Under the pieces are notes generated by a model, which saw only the letters and a program-made list of their open reading frames with translations, made no database searches and had not been told where the DNA came from. A program made the translations under genes and the position numbers. From NCBI RefSeq assembly GCF_030028105.1, contig NC_092378.1:45046400-45110399 (forward strand): a DNA stretch of 64,000 nt, in the 5' to 3' direction. Of the stretch, positions 1-13,225 are shown piece after piece. Numbering within the stretch: position 1 is the stretch's first letter; every line of letters starts with the position of its first letter. Source of the stretch: Mobula birostris (taxonomy: Eukaryota).

Positions 1-1264
1 TTCTGAGGAGCAAATTTGATCATTAGTTGAAGCATAGTTTTAGTAGTGGGATGACAGTGAGTACCATTAATGACCCAAGGTGAGTGGACTCCGAATAAAA
101 CTCCACTGTTGGATATTCAGAAACTTCCCCTTTTCCAAAAGACTAGCTTTCTTTCATATGTGTACTTCCTTCACTTCGCTCATGTGACAGACCCACATCC
201 CAGGACACTCCAGTGAATTTTCCTCACACTCTCTCAGTAGCAAGGATACTTAGTTTAAAGATTTCACAAGATTGCATAGGATTTTCAACTTTCATTAACT
301 TGTGTATTATAATCAGCCTACATGGTTATTTACGGGAGAGGTCATACTGCCAAGTGCTACTTCAAGGAAAACAGTTTCTAACAACTAATATTACATTGCC
401 ACTTGCAGTTATCTACAGGATACTCATAATCTTAAAAAACACAAACACACAAATGAAAGAATAACAGTTCTGCTGAAGTTCCCACTATTTATCAGATGGA
501 TAAGCAAACTGGCCTCTGCCTTTCTTGTCATATAAAACGCAAAAAATATTTGTAATACCATCTCAATTGCCTATTTATCCAACAATTTCTCACAGGATTA
601 TTCAGTCGAGCTATTCTGAAAGCCTCGTCAACAATCGTTCATTTAAAATAATATTTTCAGTTCAAGTACAAGGTGGAGTTTGTGTGTTCTGGTTGAGTTT
701 ACCAGCTGGGACGGCTTTCGGCACACTCAGCCACTTGGGAGTTCTTCTGGAGAGACAGTGGAGCGGGGGGAGGGTGAGGGCTGCAACAGTGGAAAGGTGG
801 CAAAGATCATGGTCAACAGTTCCGACTGGACAGGAGATCTTCACAATGGTTGGAAGTGATCCGTTGCAAAACTTTGACCCCTGCTACAGATGTCTTAAAT
901 TTTTAATAAAGTTTGAGAAGTATTATAAATGAAGTGGAATGGTTAGTGAAATTCACTAACCAACAAGACCAGTGATCATTAAAAGTAAGAATAAAACTGC
1001 AGATGCTGGAAATCATTTAAAAAAAAAACAGAAAATGGTGGATCTACTTAGCAGCTCAAGGTGTTAGCAGTGGGAAGGGAAGCAGAGTTCATGCTTCAGG
1101 TTGAAGAAACTTCATCATAATATCTTTGGCCTGAAATATTGACTCTACTCTTTCTGCAGATGCTGCCTGACCTGTGAGAGGTTCTAAGTACTTGCAGCAT
1201 TTTCATTTTTTTTGTTTTAAAAGACCGACAATAGGATGATAAATGAACTATAGAAGAGGAGATG

Positions 1265-1460
1265 TGGATTAAGCATGGGACAGATGAACTGCTGCCCAAC
1301 AGCCCTGACAACATGGGTTCAATTGCAACCTCTGGTGCTGTCTATGTGAAATTTGCACAATCTCCCTATGACAACTTCGGTTTTCCCCAAGCTGCCTGGC
1401 TTCCTCCCACATCCAAATACCTACAGGTTAGTCAACTGGTGTCTGCAAATTTTCTTGATG
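1265..1460 (+). mobile_element. Degenerate V-SINE (HE1-like)
   Basis: tRNA-like head remnant (gggttcaatt B box) followed by ctgtctatgtgaaatttgcac...ttcctcccacatccaaa...caggttagt, the V-domain pattern. Confidence 0.6.
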
Positions 1461-1698
1461 GTTGACGGGCAATGAAAGAACATAGAATTGATGGATATGC
1501 GACAAACAATAGTTTACAGGGGATTATGTAGGGGTATAGGACTGTGGAAATATTCTCAGACGAGTAGTGATTTGATTAGCCAGATGGCTTCCTTCTATAT
1601 CGTGAAAGAACATAAAATTCTGAACTTCTGCTCACCTCTGTGGCTGCAATATTAATGCTCATTCCAATCTAGACAGACTTGACATGAAGAGAAACTGA

Positions 1699-1890
1699 CA
1701 AGCAACACACGAAATGCTAGAGAAACTTAGAGGTCAGGCAGTATCTATGGAGAGGAATAAACAGTCAGCATTTCAGGCCAAAGCCCTTCGTCAGGAACCC
1801 TCCATAGATGCTGCCTGACCTGCTGAGTTCCTCCAGCATTTTGTGTGCATTGCTCTGGATTTCCAGCATCTGCAGAATCTCTTGTGTTTA
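1699..1890. mobile_element. Short inverted (hairpin) Penelope-like terminal-repeat insertion with 9-bp TSD
   Basis: Arms are reverse complements (ggtcaggcagtatctatggag / ctccatagatgctgcctgacc); agaaactga repeated at 1690-1698 and 1891-1899. Confidence 0.7.
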
Positions 1891-2673
1891 AGAAACTGAA
1901 TGAGTTGGCTAAAGGAAGTTCTGTGAGCGGCGAAATTTTGGGGAGTTGATAGGTATGTGGGAAGAATAAAATGAGTTTGGCAAAGGATTAGTGTAAGTCA
2001 GTGTTGATGGTCAGTGCTAATTTAGCCAGCTGCAGGGTTTGTTTCCTTGCTGTAGGACTCTCTAACTTACAACAAATCCACTCGAGTTAAATCTTTTAAT
2101 TTTCCATTCATCAGTAAAGCCAAATCACAGTATTGCTTTAAAGTAGGAAACAGTTTCAAAGGCAAATGACAAACCCCAACTGATGCACTGATGCAGTGCA
2201 TCATAAAACCAAATCACATTAATTCATCACTTTAAAGTAGGAAACAGCTTGAATACCAAATGACAAACACCATCTTGAAATACAGCTGCAGCCCATGTGT
2301 TGAATGACAGTTGTTGTTCCATAACAGGTCCTGAACTAATTGCAAACAATAATACAGAAGAGGCGATACACTTTGATGAGTGTAAAGCTTATTACAGTCT
2401 AGAGCTGGCAAGACCTAAGACCATGGTTTATAGTGGTGGGATCATCTCCTGGACACATGGACAATGACTTAACTTCCAACATGATGAGGTTATGTCTGTT
2501 TATCTTAATCTCAACAACTGATGTTTTACATCACTTTCAGAATAGAAAATCGTTGTTTTCCCATAGCCAAGCAGTTCCTACTCCAGAAATATTTAAATAT
2601 CTACTCCTAAACGAGGCTTTACAATGCAGATGCTGCTCCGTCATGCATTATTTCAGCCAGAATATTTTCCTAC

Positions 2674-2794
2674 CTCTGACAATCAGGTCTGCGGAGGCCG
2701 AGGTGCTGTCGACGTTTGTTTGCGCAGTGCAGGTGTATCTCCCCGAGTGCCTCAACTGTGCGTTTTTGAAGAACAGTTCTCCACCGCCTCCTTC
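2674..2794 (-). CDS. CNTN1: Contactin-1-like exon (121 nt), end of Ig6: [40 protein letters not shown](G)
   Basis: ORF 2648..2860(-); ccccacag|GAA acceptor, AGAG|gtagga donor; [20 protein letters not shown] as in CNTN1. Confidence 0.93.
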
Positions 2795-3260
2795 CTGTGG
2801 GGATTGACATAAAAAACAGGATCGTTCAGCTCCTATGATGTCCATCATGTCACCCTCCAATGGAATTCATCAAACTCCTTATCCTACAATCTTGGTACGT
2901 GACTCGTGAAATGGAAGATCAGTTGAAAGTGGCATTTCAGGGCAAAATAAAACTCACTCAAGCAAAAGCAGAAAATATGGGAAAAGCTCAGCAGACCAGG
3001 CAGTGGCTGTGGAAGGAGAAACAGAGCAGGTAATTCAGGTCTAAGACCCTTCATTAGAACTGGGAAAGAGAAAAAACAAGTTGATTTGAAATTGTAGGCA
3101 GGGTGAGGGATGGATCGAGAGAACAAAGGTGATTAAGAGAGCATGGGGTGTAGTGGCTGCAGAGGTCATCTGATCAACAAGTAACTGAGGGTAGTTAGAG
3201 AAAGACAAGGTAAACAAAATGGGATAAAGTGTGAGTAGTTAGAAAGTGAGAATTAAATTA

Positions 3261-3570
3261 AAGGCATCCGTTAGTCTTGCGAGACCATGGATCTGCGCCT
3301 GGAAAGTCTTCACTGTCCAGGGCGCAGGCCTGAGCAAGGTTGTATGGAAGACCAGCAGTTGCCCATGCTGCAAGTCTCCCCTCTCCACGACACCAATGTT
3401 GTCCAAGAGAAGGGCATTAGGACCCATACAGCTTGGCACCAGTGTTGTCGCAGAGCAATGTGTGGTTAAGTGCCTTGCTCAAGGACACAACACATTGCCT
3501 CGGCTGGGGCTCGAACTCACGACCTTCAGGTCGCTAGTCCAATGCCCTAACCACTTGGTCACGTGCCCAC
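3261..3570 (-). mobile_element. tRNA-derived SINE with Meta/CORE-like central domain
   Basis: Minus strand: A box TGACCAAGTGG, B box GAGTTCGAGCC, then gtgttgtgtccttgagcaaggcacttaacc and a short tttaat-like tail; sits between two older PLE-derived arms (about 2960-3070 and 3730-3810). Confidence 0.75.
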
Positions 3571-5235
3571 GTGCCCTCCTTTGCTTGAAAATACAAGCAA
3601 AGGAATGTAAAAGTTGTAAATCACTAACTGCCCTCATTAATCCACTAACCATATGACCTCCACAACTTAAACCCCCCTCAACTCTGGCCTCTCCCTATGA
3701 GAGGTATTCCCTTTATCCTATCCATCCTGAAACATTAACTGGCCTGTTGAGTGCATCCAGCTCTTTTTGCTTCAATTTCAGATTTCCAGCAACTGCAGAT
3801 TTTCTTGATTTTCATGAAAAGCACTCAACAGTGGCCAAATAATAGGAATTTATTCGGAAGACCTGCACAAGGTTAGTGTCTTTTTTTAAGACCAATGAAT
3901 CACCTAAGGGGATAAGAAGCACATGTCAAAACAATAACACACCTTCCTGACATTGCATGAATGAACACACCAGTTCCAACTTTTGTTAGATCCTCACAAA
4001 TTCAGCTGTGATAGAAGGGGATGACATTCAGTGCTCTGCTGCATCACAATAACCTACTCTGTCAGACTGCAGCAGTTCAATGATCTTAGAATTATGTTGT
4101 ATTTTGTAATCAATCAACCCAGGATGAACGTTGGCAAGCCATGGCTGATGAAAGAGGTCTTCTATAAGTCAAATACAAGGTAATTTGCAGTTGAAAGAGG
4201 AGGAGTCAAAAAATGTGACCAAAATCTAATAGTTGACAAGTTGCAATTCTGGACAGGACATGTTACAATTCTGGAAAGATAGAAGGATGATCTGATCCTG
4301 AAAATTAACTCCATTAAACTGCTGCCTTACTGCTCCGATGACCCAGGTTCATGTTCTCCCTGCGATCACGTGGGTTTCCTCTACACACTCTGCTTGCCTG
4401 TCACATCCTAAAGAAATGCAGGTAACTAGCTTAACTGGCATGCAAATTGGGCATTGGGGAGGGGAGCAGATAGAAATGTATGGGGAATAAAAATAAGATT
4501 CGTATAGGATCAACATAGATGGGATGTTGATGGTCAGTCAGACTGTGGACCTAAAGGCCAGTTTCTGTGCTGTGTGGCTCTACCACACAAAAGAAGACAA
4601 ACAAAGTTCAGCAACAAACAATCTGCTGGAGGAAATCTGTGGGCCGAGCAGCATCTGAAGAGGAGAAGGAATTGTCAACATCTTGGGTCAAAATTCTGCA
4701 CCAGGACTCTTTCGTCTCTCCAAACAAAATTCATCTTTTCGTGATGTGATTCTTCCGTTTAAAAAGCATAGAAAGGTTGCAGGAGGTGGCAGGACGGGCT
4801 AGGAGAGGAATCAGGAGCAACATAGGTATGAAATCTATCTCAGCCCAACCAGACCATGCCAACTGCAGTGCCCGTGTCCAACTTTCAGCCCAAATCACTC
4901 CAAGTCCTGCCCCTGCATGTAACTACCCAGTGCTTCCGAAATGAAAATATTATCCCTGCCTCAACCACTTCCACTCATTCCATATACTCTCCCAGCACCC
5001 GTGTGAAATAGTTGCTCCTCGAGTCCCTTTTGAGATGATTCTTTTTTTTAAATACACAGAATGATTTGAAAAAGGCAAAAGGTGGTGGTGTGTGTTTCAT
5101 TATAAACTTCCGGTGGTGCTCTGATATAGTGGGTTTGTCATATTCTTGTTCTCCTGACTTTGAACACCTAATGATCAATTCTATTTACCAAGAGAGCTCT
5201 GAGACCACGGTATTCGTACCACCAGTGGCCGAAAC

Positions 5236-7180
5236 AAGGAAGAGAAAATCTGCAGATGCTGTGATCCAAGCAACACATAGAAAGTGCTGGAGGAACTCAA
5301 CATCCAGGCAGTATCTATGGAAAAAAGAACCGTCGACGTTTTGGGCCGAAACCCCTCATAAAAGCTGCGGAGTAGAGTTAATAGGTGGGGGGAGGGAAAA
5401 GGAGAGCAGAAGGTGATAGGTGAAACCTGAAAGGGGAGGGATGAAGTAAAGAGCTGGGAAGTTGATTGATTGAAGAGACAGAAGGCCATGGAAGAAAGAA
5501 AAGGGGGCAGGAACACCAGAGGGAGGCAATGGATAGGCAAGGAGATAAGGTGAGAGAGGGACAAAGGGATAGGAAATGGTAAAACAGGGAGCATTACCAG
5601 AAGATTAAGAAATTGATGTTCATGCCATCAGGTTGAAGGCTACCCAAATGGAATATAAGCTGTTGTTCCTCTAACCTAAGTGTGGCCACATCACGACAAT
5701 GGAGGAGGCCATGGATGGACATATCGGAATGGGAAAGGGAAGTAGAATTAAAGTGTGTGGCCACTGGGAGATCCTGCTTTTTCTGGTGGACGGAGCGTAG
5801 GTGCTTGGCAAAGCAATCTCACCTGGAAGGACTGTTTTGGGCCCTGAATGGTAGTAAAGGAGGAGGGGTAGGGGCAGGTGTTGCACAGGTTCTGCTTGCA
5901 AGGGTAAGTGCCAGGAGGGAGATCAGGGGGAGGGATGAATGGACAAGGGACTAGCATAGGGAGCAATCCCTACAGAAAGCAGGAAGTAGCAGGGGGAGGG
6001 AATGGTGGTGGGATTCAGTTGGAGGGGGAGGAACTTTTGGAGAATTATGTGCTGGACGCGGAAGCTGGTGGGGTGGTAGCCGAGGACAAGAGGAACCCTA
6101 CACCTGGTGTGGTGGCGGGAGGATGGGGTCAGAGCAGACGTGAAATGGAAGAGATGCAGTTGAGGGCAGCATTGATGGGGGAGGAAGGGAAGCCCCTTTC
6201 TTTGAAAAAGGAGGACATCTCCTTTGTTCTGGAATGAAAAGCCTCATCTTGAGAGCAAGTGCGGCAGAGACGGAGGAATTGAGAGAAGGGGTTGGCGTTT
6301 TTACAGGTAACAGGGTGGGCTGAGGTATAGTCCAGGTAGCTGTACGAGTCTGTGGGTTTATAACAGACATCAGTCTCCAGAGATAGAGACAGTAAGATCG
6401 AGAAAGCGGAGAGAGGTGTCAGAAATGGACCAGGTAAATTTGAGGGCAGGGTAGAAGTTAGAGGCAAAGTGGATGAAGTCAATGTGTTCAGCAAGGGTGC
6501 AAGAAGAAGTACCAATGCAGTCGTCGATGTAGCGTAGGAAAAAGGCGGGACGGTCACCAGTGTAGGCTTGGAACGTAGATTGTTCCACGTAGCCAACAAA
6601 CAGGCAGGCATAGCTGGCACCCATGTAAGTGTCCATGGCTACCCCTTTTGTCTGAAGGAAGAGGGAGAAGCCAAAGGAGAAATTATCTAGAGTGAGGACA
6701 AGTTCTGCTAGGCAGAGCAGAGTGGTGGTGGAGGGGAACTGGTTAGGTCTGTTGTCCAGAAACAAAAACAGAGAGTTTTGAGGCCTTCCTGATGGGGGAT
6801 GGAGGTGTATAGGGACTGGACATGCATAGTAAAAATAAGATGATGGGGGCCAGGGAACCTGAAATCATTGAAAAGATCCAGAGCCTGTGAAGTGTCAAAC
6901 AGGTGGGAAGGGACTGAACCGGGGGAATAAAACAGAGTCAAGGTATGCCGATATGTGTTCAGTGGCAGCAGGAACAAGCTGAAACAATGGGTCTACCTGG
7001 ACAAGCTGGTTTGTGGATCTTGGGTAGGAGGTAGAAACAGGAGGTGCGGGCTGCGGGAACTGTGAGGTTGGTGGCAGTGGATGGGAGATTCCCAGGGTCA
7101 ATAAGGTTGGTAATGGTGTGGGAAACAACGGCCTGGTGATCCTTAGTGGGTCGCTGTTCCAGGGGTAAGTAAGAGAAGGT
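5236..7180 (-). mobile_element. Penelope-like retroelement, 5'-truncated and frameshifted (RT plus part of the GIY-YIG region plus terminal repeat)
   Basis: ORF 6370..6765 has QTKGVAM...YACLFVGYVEQ...FLRYIDD; ORF 6129..6620 has YKPTDSYSYLDYTSAHP; both are PLE RT signatures. The 3' repeat is shared with the other PLE copies. Confidence 0.9.
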
Positions 7181-7214
7181 GATTTCAATCTCTGAGGCTG
7201 ACGCGAGAGCATTC

Positions 7215-8495
7215 TTCAGGAGGGTGGGGTACCTGGCCGATCAACTGGCTGTCCACTGAGATATCTAATCAGAGGTACCAATCTGCTTTAAGCCAGCTTC
7301 AAATAAACCTGTGCCTAAGAAGAATGTGGTAACCTGCCTCAAGTAGCATTTACATCCAGTGCGATGAAGAGTTTTGAGAGGCTGGTGTTGAAACTTATCA
7401 TTTCCTGCCTCAGAAGTGACTTAGATCCATTCCAATTTGCTTACGGTCATAACAGGCCAACAGCAGATGCCATCTCATTGGCTCTTCACTCAACCATGGA
7501 ACAGCTAGATAGCAAGAATGCTCTTTATCAGCTACAATTCAGTGTTCAATACTAATCAATAAGCTTCAAGACCTCTGCCTCAATACCTTTGGCTAAGTGG
7601 TACCATAACAACAACCTCTTACTCAATCTCAGCAAGACCAAGGAGCTGATGATTGGCTTTAAGAGGAGGAACTGGAGGTCCATGAGTCAGGCCTTATCAG
7701 GGGCTCAGAGAAGGAGAGGATCAGCAACTTTAATTTCCTCGGTGTTATAATTTTAGGGGACTTATCCTGGCTCAGCACACAAGTGCAATTACCAAGAAAG
7801 TACAGCAGCGCCTCTGCTTCCTTTGGAGTTAGCCAAGATTTGCCATGACATCTATGACTTCGACTAACATTTATAGATTGTGGTGGAGAGTATATTGACT
7901 GCCTACAATACAGCCTGGTACGGAAACACCAATGCCCTTGAGCGGAAAATCCTACAAAATGTGGTGGATATGGCCCAGTCCATCACAAATAAAGCCCTCC
8001 CCATCACTGAGCACATCTACACTGAGTGTTGCCACAGGAAGCCGCATCCATCATCAAGGACCACCACCACCGAGATCATGCTTTCTTCTCGGTGCTGCTA
8101 TCAGGAACCTCAGGACTCACACCACCAGGTTCAGGAACAGTTGTTACTCCTCAGTCATCAGGCTCTTGGACCAAAAGGGGAAAACTTCTTCTCAACTTCA
8201 CTTGCCCCATCATTGAAATGTTCCCACAACCTATGGACTCACTTTCAAAGACTCTTCGTCCCATGTTCTTGATATTTATTGCTTATTTATTCATTATTAT
8301 TACTTTTCTTTTTGTATTTGCATAGTTTTTTGTGTTTTGTACACTGGTTATATGTCCATCCAGTTGTGTGTGGGTCTTTCATTGATTCTGTTGTATTCTT
8401 TGCATTTACTATGACTACCCACAAAAAATGAATCTCGAGGTTATCTCTGGTGTCATATATGCACTTTGATAATAAATTTACTTTGACCTTTGAAA
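7215..8495 (+). mobile_element. Rex1/Babar-like LINE 3' fragment, decayed RT
   Basis: MKSFERLVL...DLDPFQFAY..NR.TADAISLALH and VESILT...TAWYGN motifs; tail aataaatttactttgacctttga. Confidence 0.8.
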
Positions 8496-9861
8496 CTGGA
8501 AGTCATGCTCCATTAGTGCCAGGGTTAGCTTTATACAGTCTGCATATTGCTGTGCAATAACGCACTTTGACTGACACAATCTCCAAGTATCAAGGAATCC
8601 CTGCTTACTGAGACTATCCAAGCATTTTCCATCCGCTACCTCTCCAAAGGGTGAGAGTCTGAAAGTGCCCTGAGAGATGCTCTTATTCCTCAAGCCAAAG
8701 ATAATCAATTTGTTGTCCTGGCATCCAGAGCTTTGCATTTGACACTAAGTGGCAGTGTAACAGGAATTTGCCTCCAAATAAATTAGAATATAGAATATTA
8801 TAAACACCAATGAACATGAAATTCAGTTGTAAAATTACAAAGCAAATGCAGGCAAAAACTTGAACTAAACATCCAATAACTCTACCCAATGTCAATCACT
8901 ACTTATGGATAGGTCATAAGATATTGGAGCAGAAATAGGCCATTTGGCCCATCGAGTCTGCTCTGCCATTTCATTGTGGCTGATCCAATTTTCCTCTCAG
9001 CCCCAATCTCCTGCCTTCTCTCCGTATCATTTCATGCCCTGGCCAATCAAGAATCTATCAAACTTTGTCTTAAATATACATAAAGACTTAGCCTCCACAG
9101 TTGCCTGTGTATAGAGAAGATCTTAACACTGCCAATAATCAGAGCCCACTGCACTGCTCACTAGACTTGGCAGTCTATTGTCATGGTGTTCTACAGCAAG
9201 GAAACAGGTCCCACATCTGTACTGACCATCCACTGACACGAGCTTTCCCTCTCCACTCCGATCAACCCTGCCCAATCCTCCTTCCACCCTCCTATACTCA
9301 AGGCCATTGGCGGTAGCTAATTCACCTGCCATCCAGCATTTCATTTTGAGATGTGGGAGGAAATGAGAGTAATGCGGAAACCACACCTGGTCACAGGGAG
9401 AACATACAAGACCCTCACACACAGTCCACATTAGGTAATGACAGAACGAGGATCTCTGGAACTGTGAGACAGAAATGCACCCACAACCTATGGACTCACT
9501 TTCAAGGACTCTTTATTTCATGTTCTTGATATTTATTGCTTAGTTATTTATTATAATTATTTCTTTCTTTTTGTATTTGCACAGTTTCTTGTCTTTTGCA
9601 CACTGGTTGTCCAACCTGTTGGCGCGGTCTTTCAGTGATTCTATTACAGTTATTGAATTTATTGGTAATGCCCGCAAGAAAATTAATCTCAGGGTTGTAT
9701 ATTTAGTAATTTTTAATTCCATTTATTTGTTGTGTTACATTTTTTAGTTTGAGAAATTTATTCTGCTTGCTATTTGCAATGTCCATGCAACTATGATCAG
9801 AAGGCTCAATTTTTCATTCACTTAATGTGTTTACTTAACCTGATATATATGTACTTTGATA

Positions 9862-10093
9862 GCCAGCTGGTGGCGTAGTGGCATCAGCGCTGGACATGGG
9901 AGCGAAGGCTCCCGAGTTCGAACCCAGCCGGCTCCCCAGGCACGCTTTCCATCCGTGCTGGGTTGAGCGTCAAGCTAGCAACTCAACCTCGTAAAAGAAA
10001 AATTGCCTGCTACAGAAACATCAACAGCAAAAAATTGATGGCCTATGCTCTCCTGTGAGTTTTTAAAAAAAAGGCAATTTTCTTTTTCCTTCC
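9862..10093 (+). mobile_element. Young tRNA-derived SINE with 16-bp TSD, inserted in a Rex1-type 3' tail
   Basis: A box TGGCGTAGTGG, B box GAGTTCGAACC; tatatgtactttgata duplicated at 9846-9861 and 10094-10109; the host tail resumes as aataaatttactttgaactttg. Confidence 0.82.
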
Positions 10094-12730
10094 TATATGT
10101 ACTTTGATAATAAATTTACTTTGAACTTTGAAGTAAATAGCAGAAAGTGCATCACTGTACACATTCTATCCTGCAAGGTAACCCATTTTAAAGCTCCTGG
10201 CATCTACACAGTAACTAGGAGAAGGAGAAAACATCTGAGGGGAAAATATCCATCAGGAGTGACAGAAACTCATTTTCAAGTTGAAATTTCAAGCTCTCTG
10301 ACCCACCGAACTACGCTACATTCACTTGTCTCAGCACTGAGATTTACTCTTTTGCAGAACGAGAAGCCTTCACAAACCTTCAGCCCAAATGCAATTCGGG
10401 GAAGGTGTTTACACATCAGAAACTGAAATAATTTTAAAGTGTCAAGAAATTTGACCCCACTGCAAAAAATTCTGATCCCAACAAACCACCAAGGAGATTC
10501 TGTCCACAAATGCGGAACTAAAACCCAAGAATTCTAGCCAACTGTAAAATATTGGAGGAACCCACTGGTGATGGATAGGTTAGGGAATTCAAGATTCTGT
10601 CAAGATGTCAGGAGTTTCTGGCAAACAGTTGGGAAAATGTTCTCATTTATCAAAATGTCAGGTTTTTCTTTTCCGCTGTTAGTGACAGTAAACTCTGACT
10701 CACTTGAGAGAATTTCAACCCAGAGTCAAAATGTCACCACCAGGGAAATTCTGGAAAATTTGATAGTCAGTTGACAGTGGTTCTCCACTCTGTCAGTAAA
10801 GTAAAGGGAAAATAAAACTTTGTCAGCAGCAAACTGCTACAATGCAAGACCTGAAGCAATCAGCAAGATCTGCAGCTACCCACACGCAGCAGTATTCAGC
10901 AAGACATCATCTTGAGGAGTCAGCCTCCTCCAACATTACTTTCTTCCTTCCCATTCACCAGTTTTCGTGATAAACTCTGTATAGGCAGGGAAAATGGATG
11001 GTTATGGGCAGAATGCACCGAACACAAACATAAAAGGCCACTTCAAATCCCCCCTCCCACTCTCTATTTCACCTACTGATCTGCAACCTCCTGCACTGTT
11101 GCAATGAGACTCAATACCAGCTGAAGGAATAGCAACTCATCCTACATCTAAGCACTCTGCAGTCTTCTGAACTCAATACCAAATGTTACAACTTTAGCTA
11201 GCTTAATTTCTGTCCTTAAGACCACAGGATACAGGAGCAGAATTAAGCCATCCAGCCCATCAAGTTGGCTCCACAATTCTATCATGACTGAATTTATTTT
11301 CTTTAATTTTGAGATTGGGTAACAGGCCCTTCCAGCCCATGAGCCTCTGCTGCTCAGTTATACCCATGTGACCAATTAACCTACTGACCCACACATTATT
11401 AGCATGAGGGGGGAAACCGGAGCACCCAGAGGAAACTTACGGACTCTCAGGGAGAACACACAAACTCCTTACAGACAGAGGTGGGATTTAACCCCAGTTG
11501 CTGGCTACGCTCCTCAATCTCATCTTCTAGCCTTCTCCCTGTAACCCTTAACCCTATTATGAAACCAGAACCTACAATTTCAATACACCCAGTGACTTGG
11601 CCGCCACATCTGCCTGTCATTGAAAATCTGTATCAGTTGTCCATCTATAACGTCGGTCCATTTCTTTTTTGCTTTCTCTCCATTTTCCTTTCTGTTCTCT
11701 GGGGGCAGAGAATACTCCCAGCCTGACCTGCTGGGCATAACCTCCTGCTCTGCATTTTGCAACTCCAACATTTTTTGCCTATGTTCTCACTCTCCGACTG
11801 TCCCCGTTCGTTTGTCAGCCAGCTAACACCGTCTGCAGCTTATCCCAATGGTCTCTCTGCAGATTAACAGACTGTTCCTTTCCTTCCCAGTTCTGATAAA
11901 GAGTTTTCAACCCGAAATGTCAACCTTGTTTCTCCCCGCCACTGATGCAGACCGACATTATCAATGGACGAACATGGAAAGCAGCATCCGGAAGCAACAG
12001 GAGCTCGGGTAGGTAGGTCTACCCTTCTCCAATAAGCTAGATTTTCCTCAGTTACTTAAAAACCTGCTTTTAAAGCCCACATGAGGGAAGTATGGGGGGG
12101 AGGGAGATGTCAGAGGTTTTTTTTTACACAGAGAATGGTAGTGCATTGAATGCCCTGCCAGGGTGGTGGTAGTGACGGATACATTGGGCACATTTCAGAA
12201 ACTCTAAGGTAGGCAGTTGGATGAGAGCAAAATTGAAGTTTATGTAGGAGGGAAGGGTTAGATTGATCTTTGAGTAGCTTAAAAAGTTGGGACAACATTG
12301 TGGACAGAAAGGCCAATATTCTGCTGTAATTTTCTAAGTTCTATGAATGGTCTTCAGTTCATGGACAGCTCATTTTTAACAGTAATCTTGCACACACGAC
12401 TAACTTGAGTGTCTTATGGTTACAAGAAAAGGTGTGAATGATGTCAGATTCAATTCCCCATCCCATCACTACAGACAGAGCAAATGGAGAAATGACAATA
12501 GCAAATGGAATTAACTTCTTCAGAGGGGTTTATGTTGGAAACAGGAGCAAACACAGGGAATTTGTCCCTTCAATCCTGCCCTGCCAATCAATAACAACAT
12601 GGCTGCTCTTTCCCCATGTCCCATGATTCCTCTGATAGCCAGAAATGCTGCTTGACCAGTTGAGATCCTCAGGCCATTTCTGTGTTGGCATGTTCGTGAG
12701 GGCCATCAAGTGTGTGTCCAAGCTGTGTGA

Positions 12731-12901
12731 NNNNNNNNNNNNNNNNNNNNNNNNNNNNNNNNNNNNNNNNNNNNNNNNNNNNNNNNNNNNNNNNNNNNNN
12801 NNNNNNNNNNNNNNNNNNNNNNNNNNNNNNNNNNNNNNNNNNNNNNNNNNNNNNNNNNNNNNNNNNNNNNNNNNNNNNNNNNNNNNNNNNNNNNNNNNNN
12901 N
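12731..12901. other. Assembly gap (171 N)
   Basis: Run of n characters. Confidence 1.
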
Positions 12902-13208
12902 ACAGGAAGCAGATGTTTCACAGGGTCCAAATAATAACTTAAGGCTCGCTGAATTTGGCAAAGGAACTCCTTTCCCTTTGGGCTCTCAAAATTTCAGGCA
13001 AGTAGAGTTTACAAAACCATTCAAATGCCTTCCATCAGAAAACTGATGGGTAACCCTGTGGAAGAGCAAGTGTCACAAAGGAAGGGCTTCACATGGCAGG
13101 AGCCACCCAAATTTTTTTTATATAGGTAGATCGGAAAAGGCAGAGCTATTGGAGTGGAGCGGTACTCAGTCATACAACGTCATGTGGCATTTTCAAAAGC
13201 GATGTTCA

Positions 13209-13225
13209 GCTGCCCCCTGATGGCA
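13209..13225 (-). promoter_or_regulatory. Candidate CTCF site
   Basis: Minus strand TGCCATCAGGGGGCAGC is close to the CTCF core CCASYAGRGGGCRS; motif match only. Confidence 0.4.

Noticed and set aside
525-932. 135-aa ORF, considered as the first FN3 exon or a nested gene
   Set aside because: No GPPGPP or FN3 similarity seen and no recognisable domain.
5143-5240. Possible type-III hammerhead (ttcttgtt…gagag-ctctga-gaccac…gtggcc-gaaacaagga, with a ggta-ttcg-tacc hairpin)
   Set aside because: The CUGANGA box is not intact, helix I is only about 3 bp, and the 3' part overlaps the PLE tail; probably chance.
9866-9950. tRNA gene candidates (also 3500-3570 minus)
   Set aside because: A and B boxes are present, but they continue into SINE bodies (the first with a TSD) and no convincing cloverleaf forms.
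12353-12371. RE1/NRSE-like ttcagttcatggacagctc
   Set aside because: The left half-site lacks CACC and the spacing is wrong.
12530-13046. ORFs spanning X runs
   Set aside because: Artefacts of the 171-N gap.
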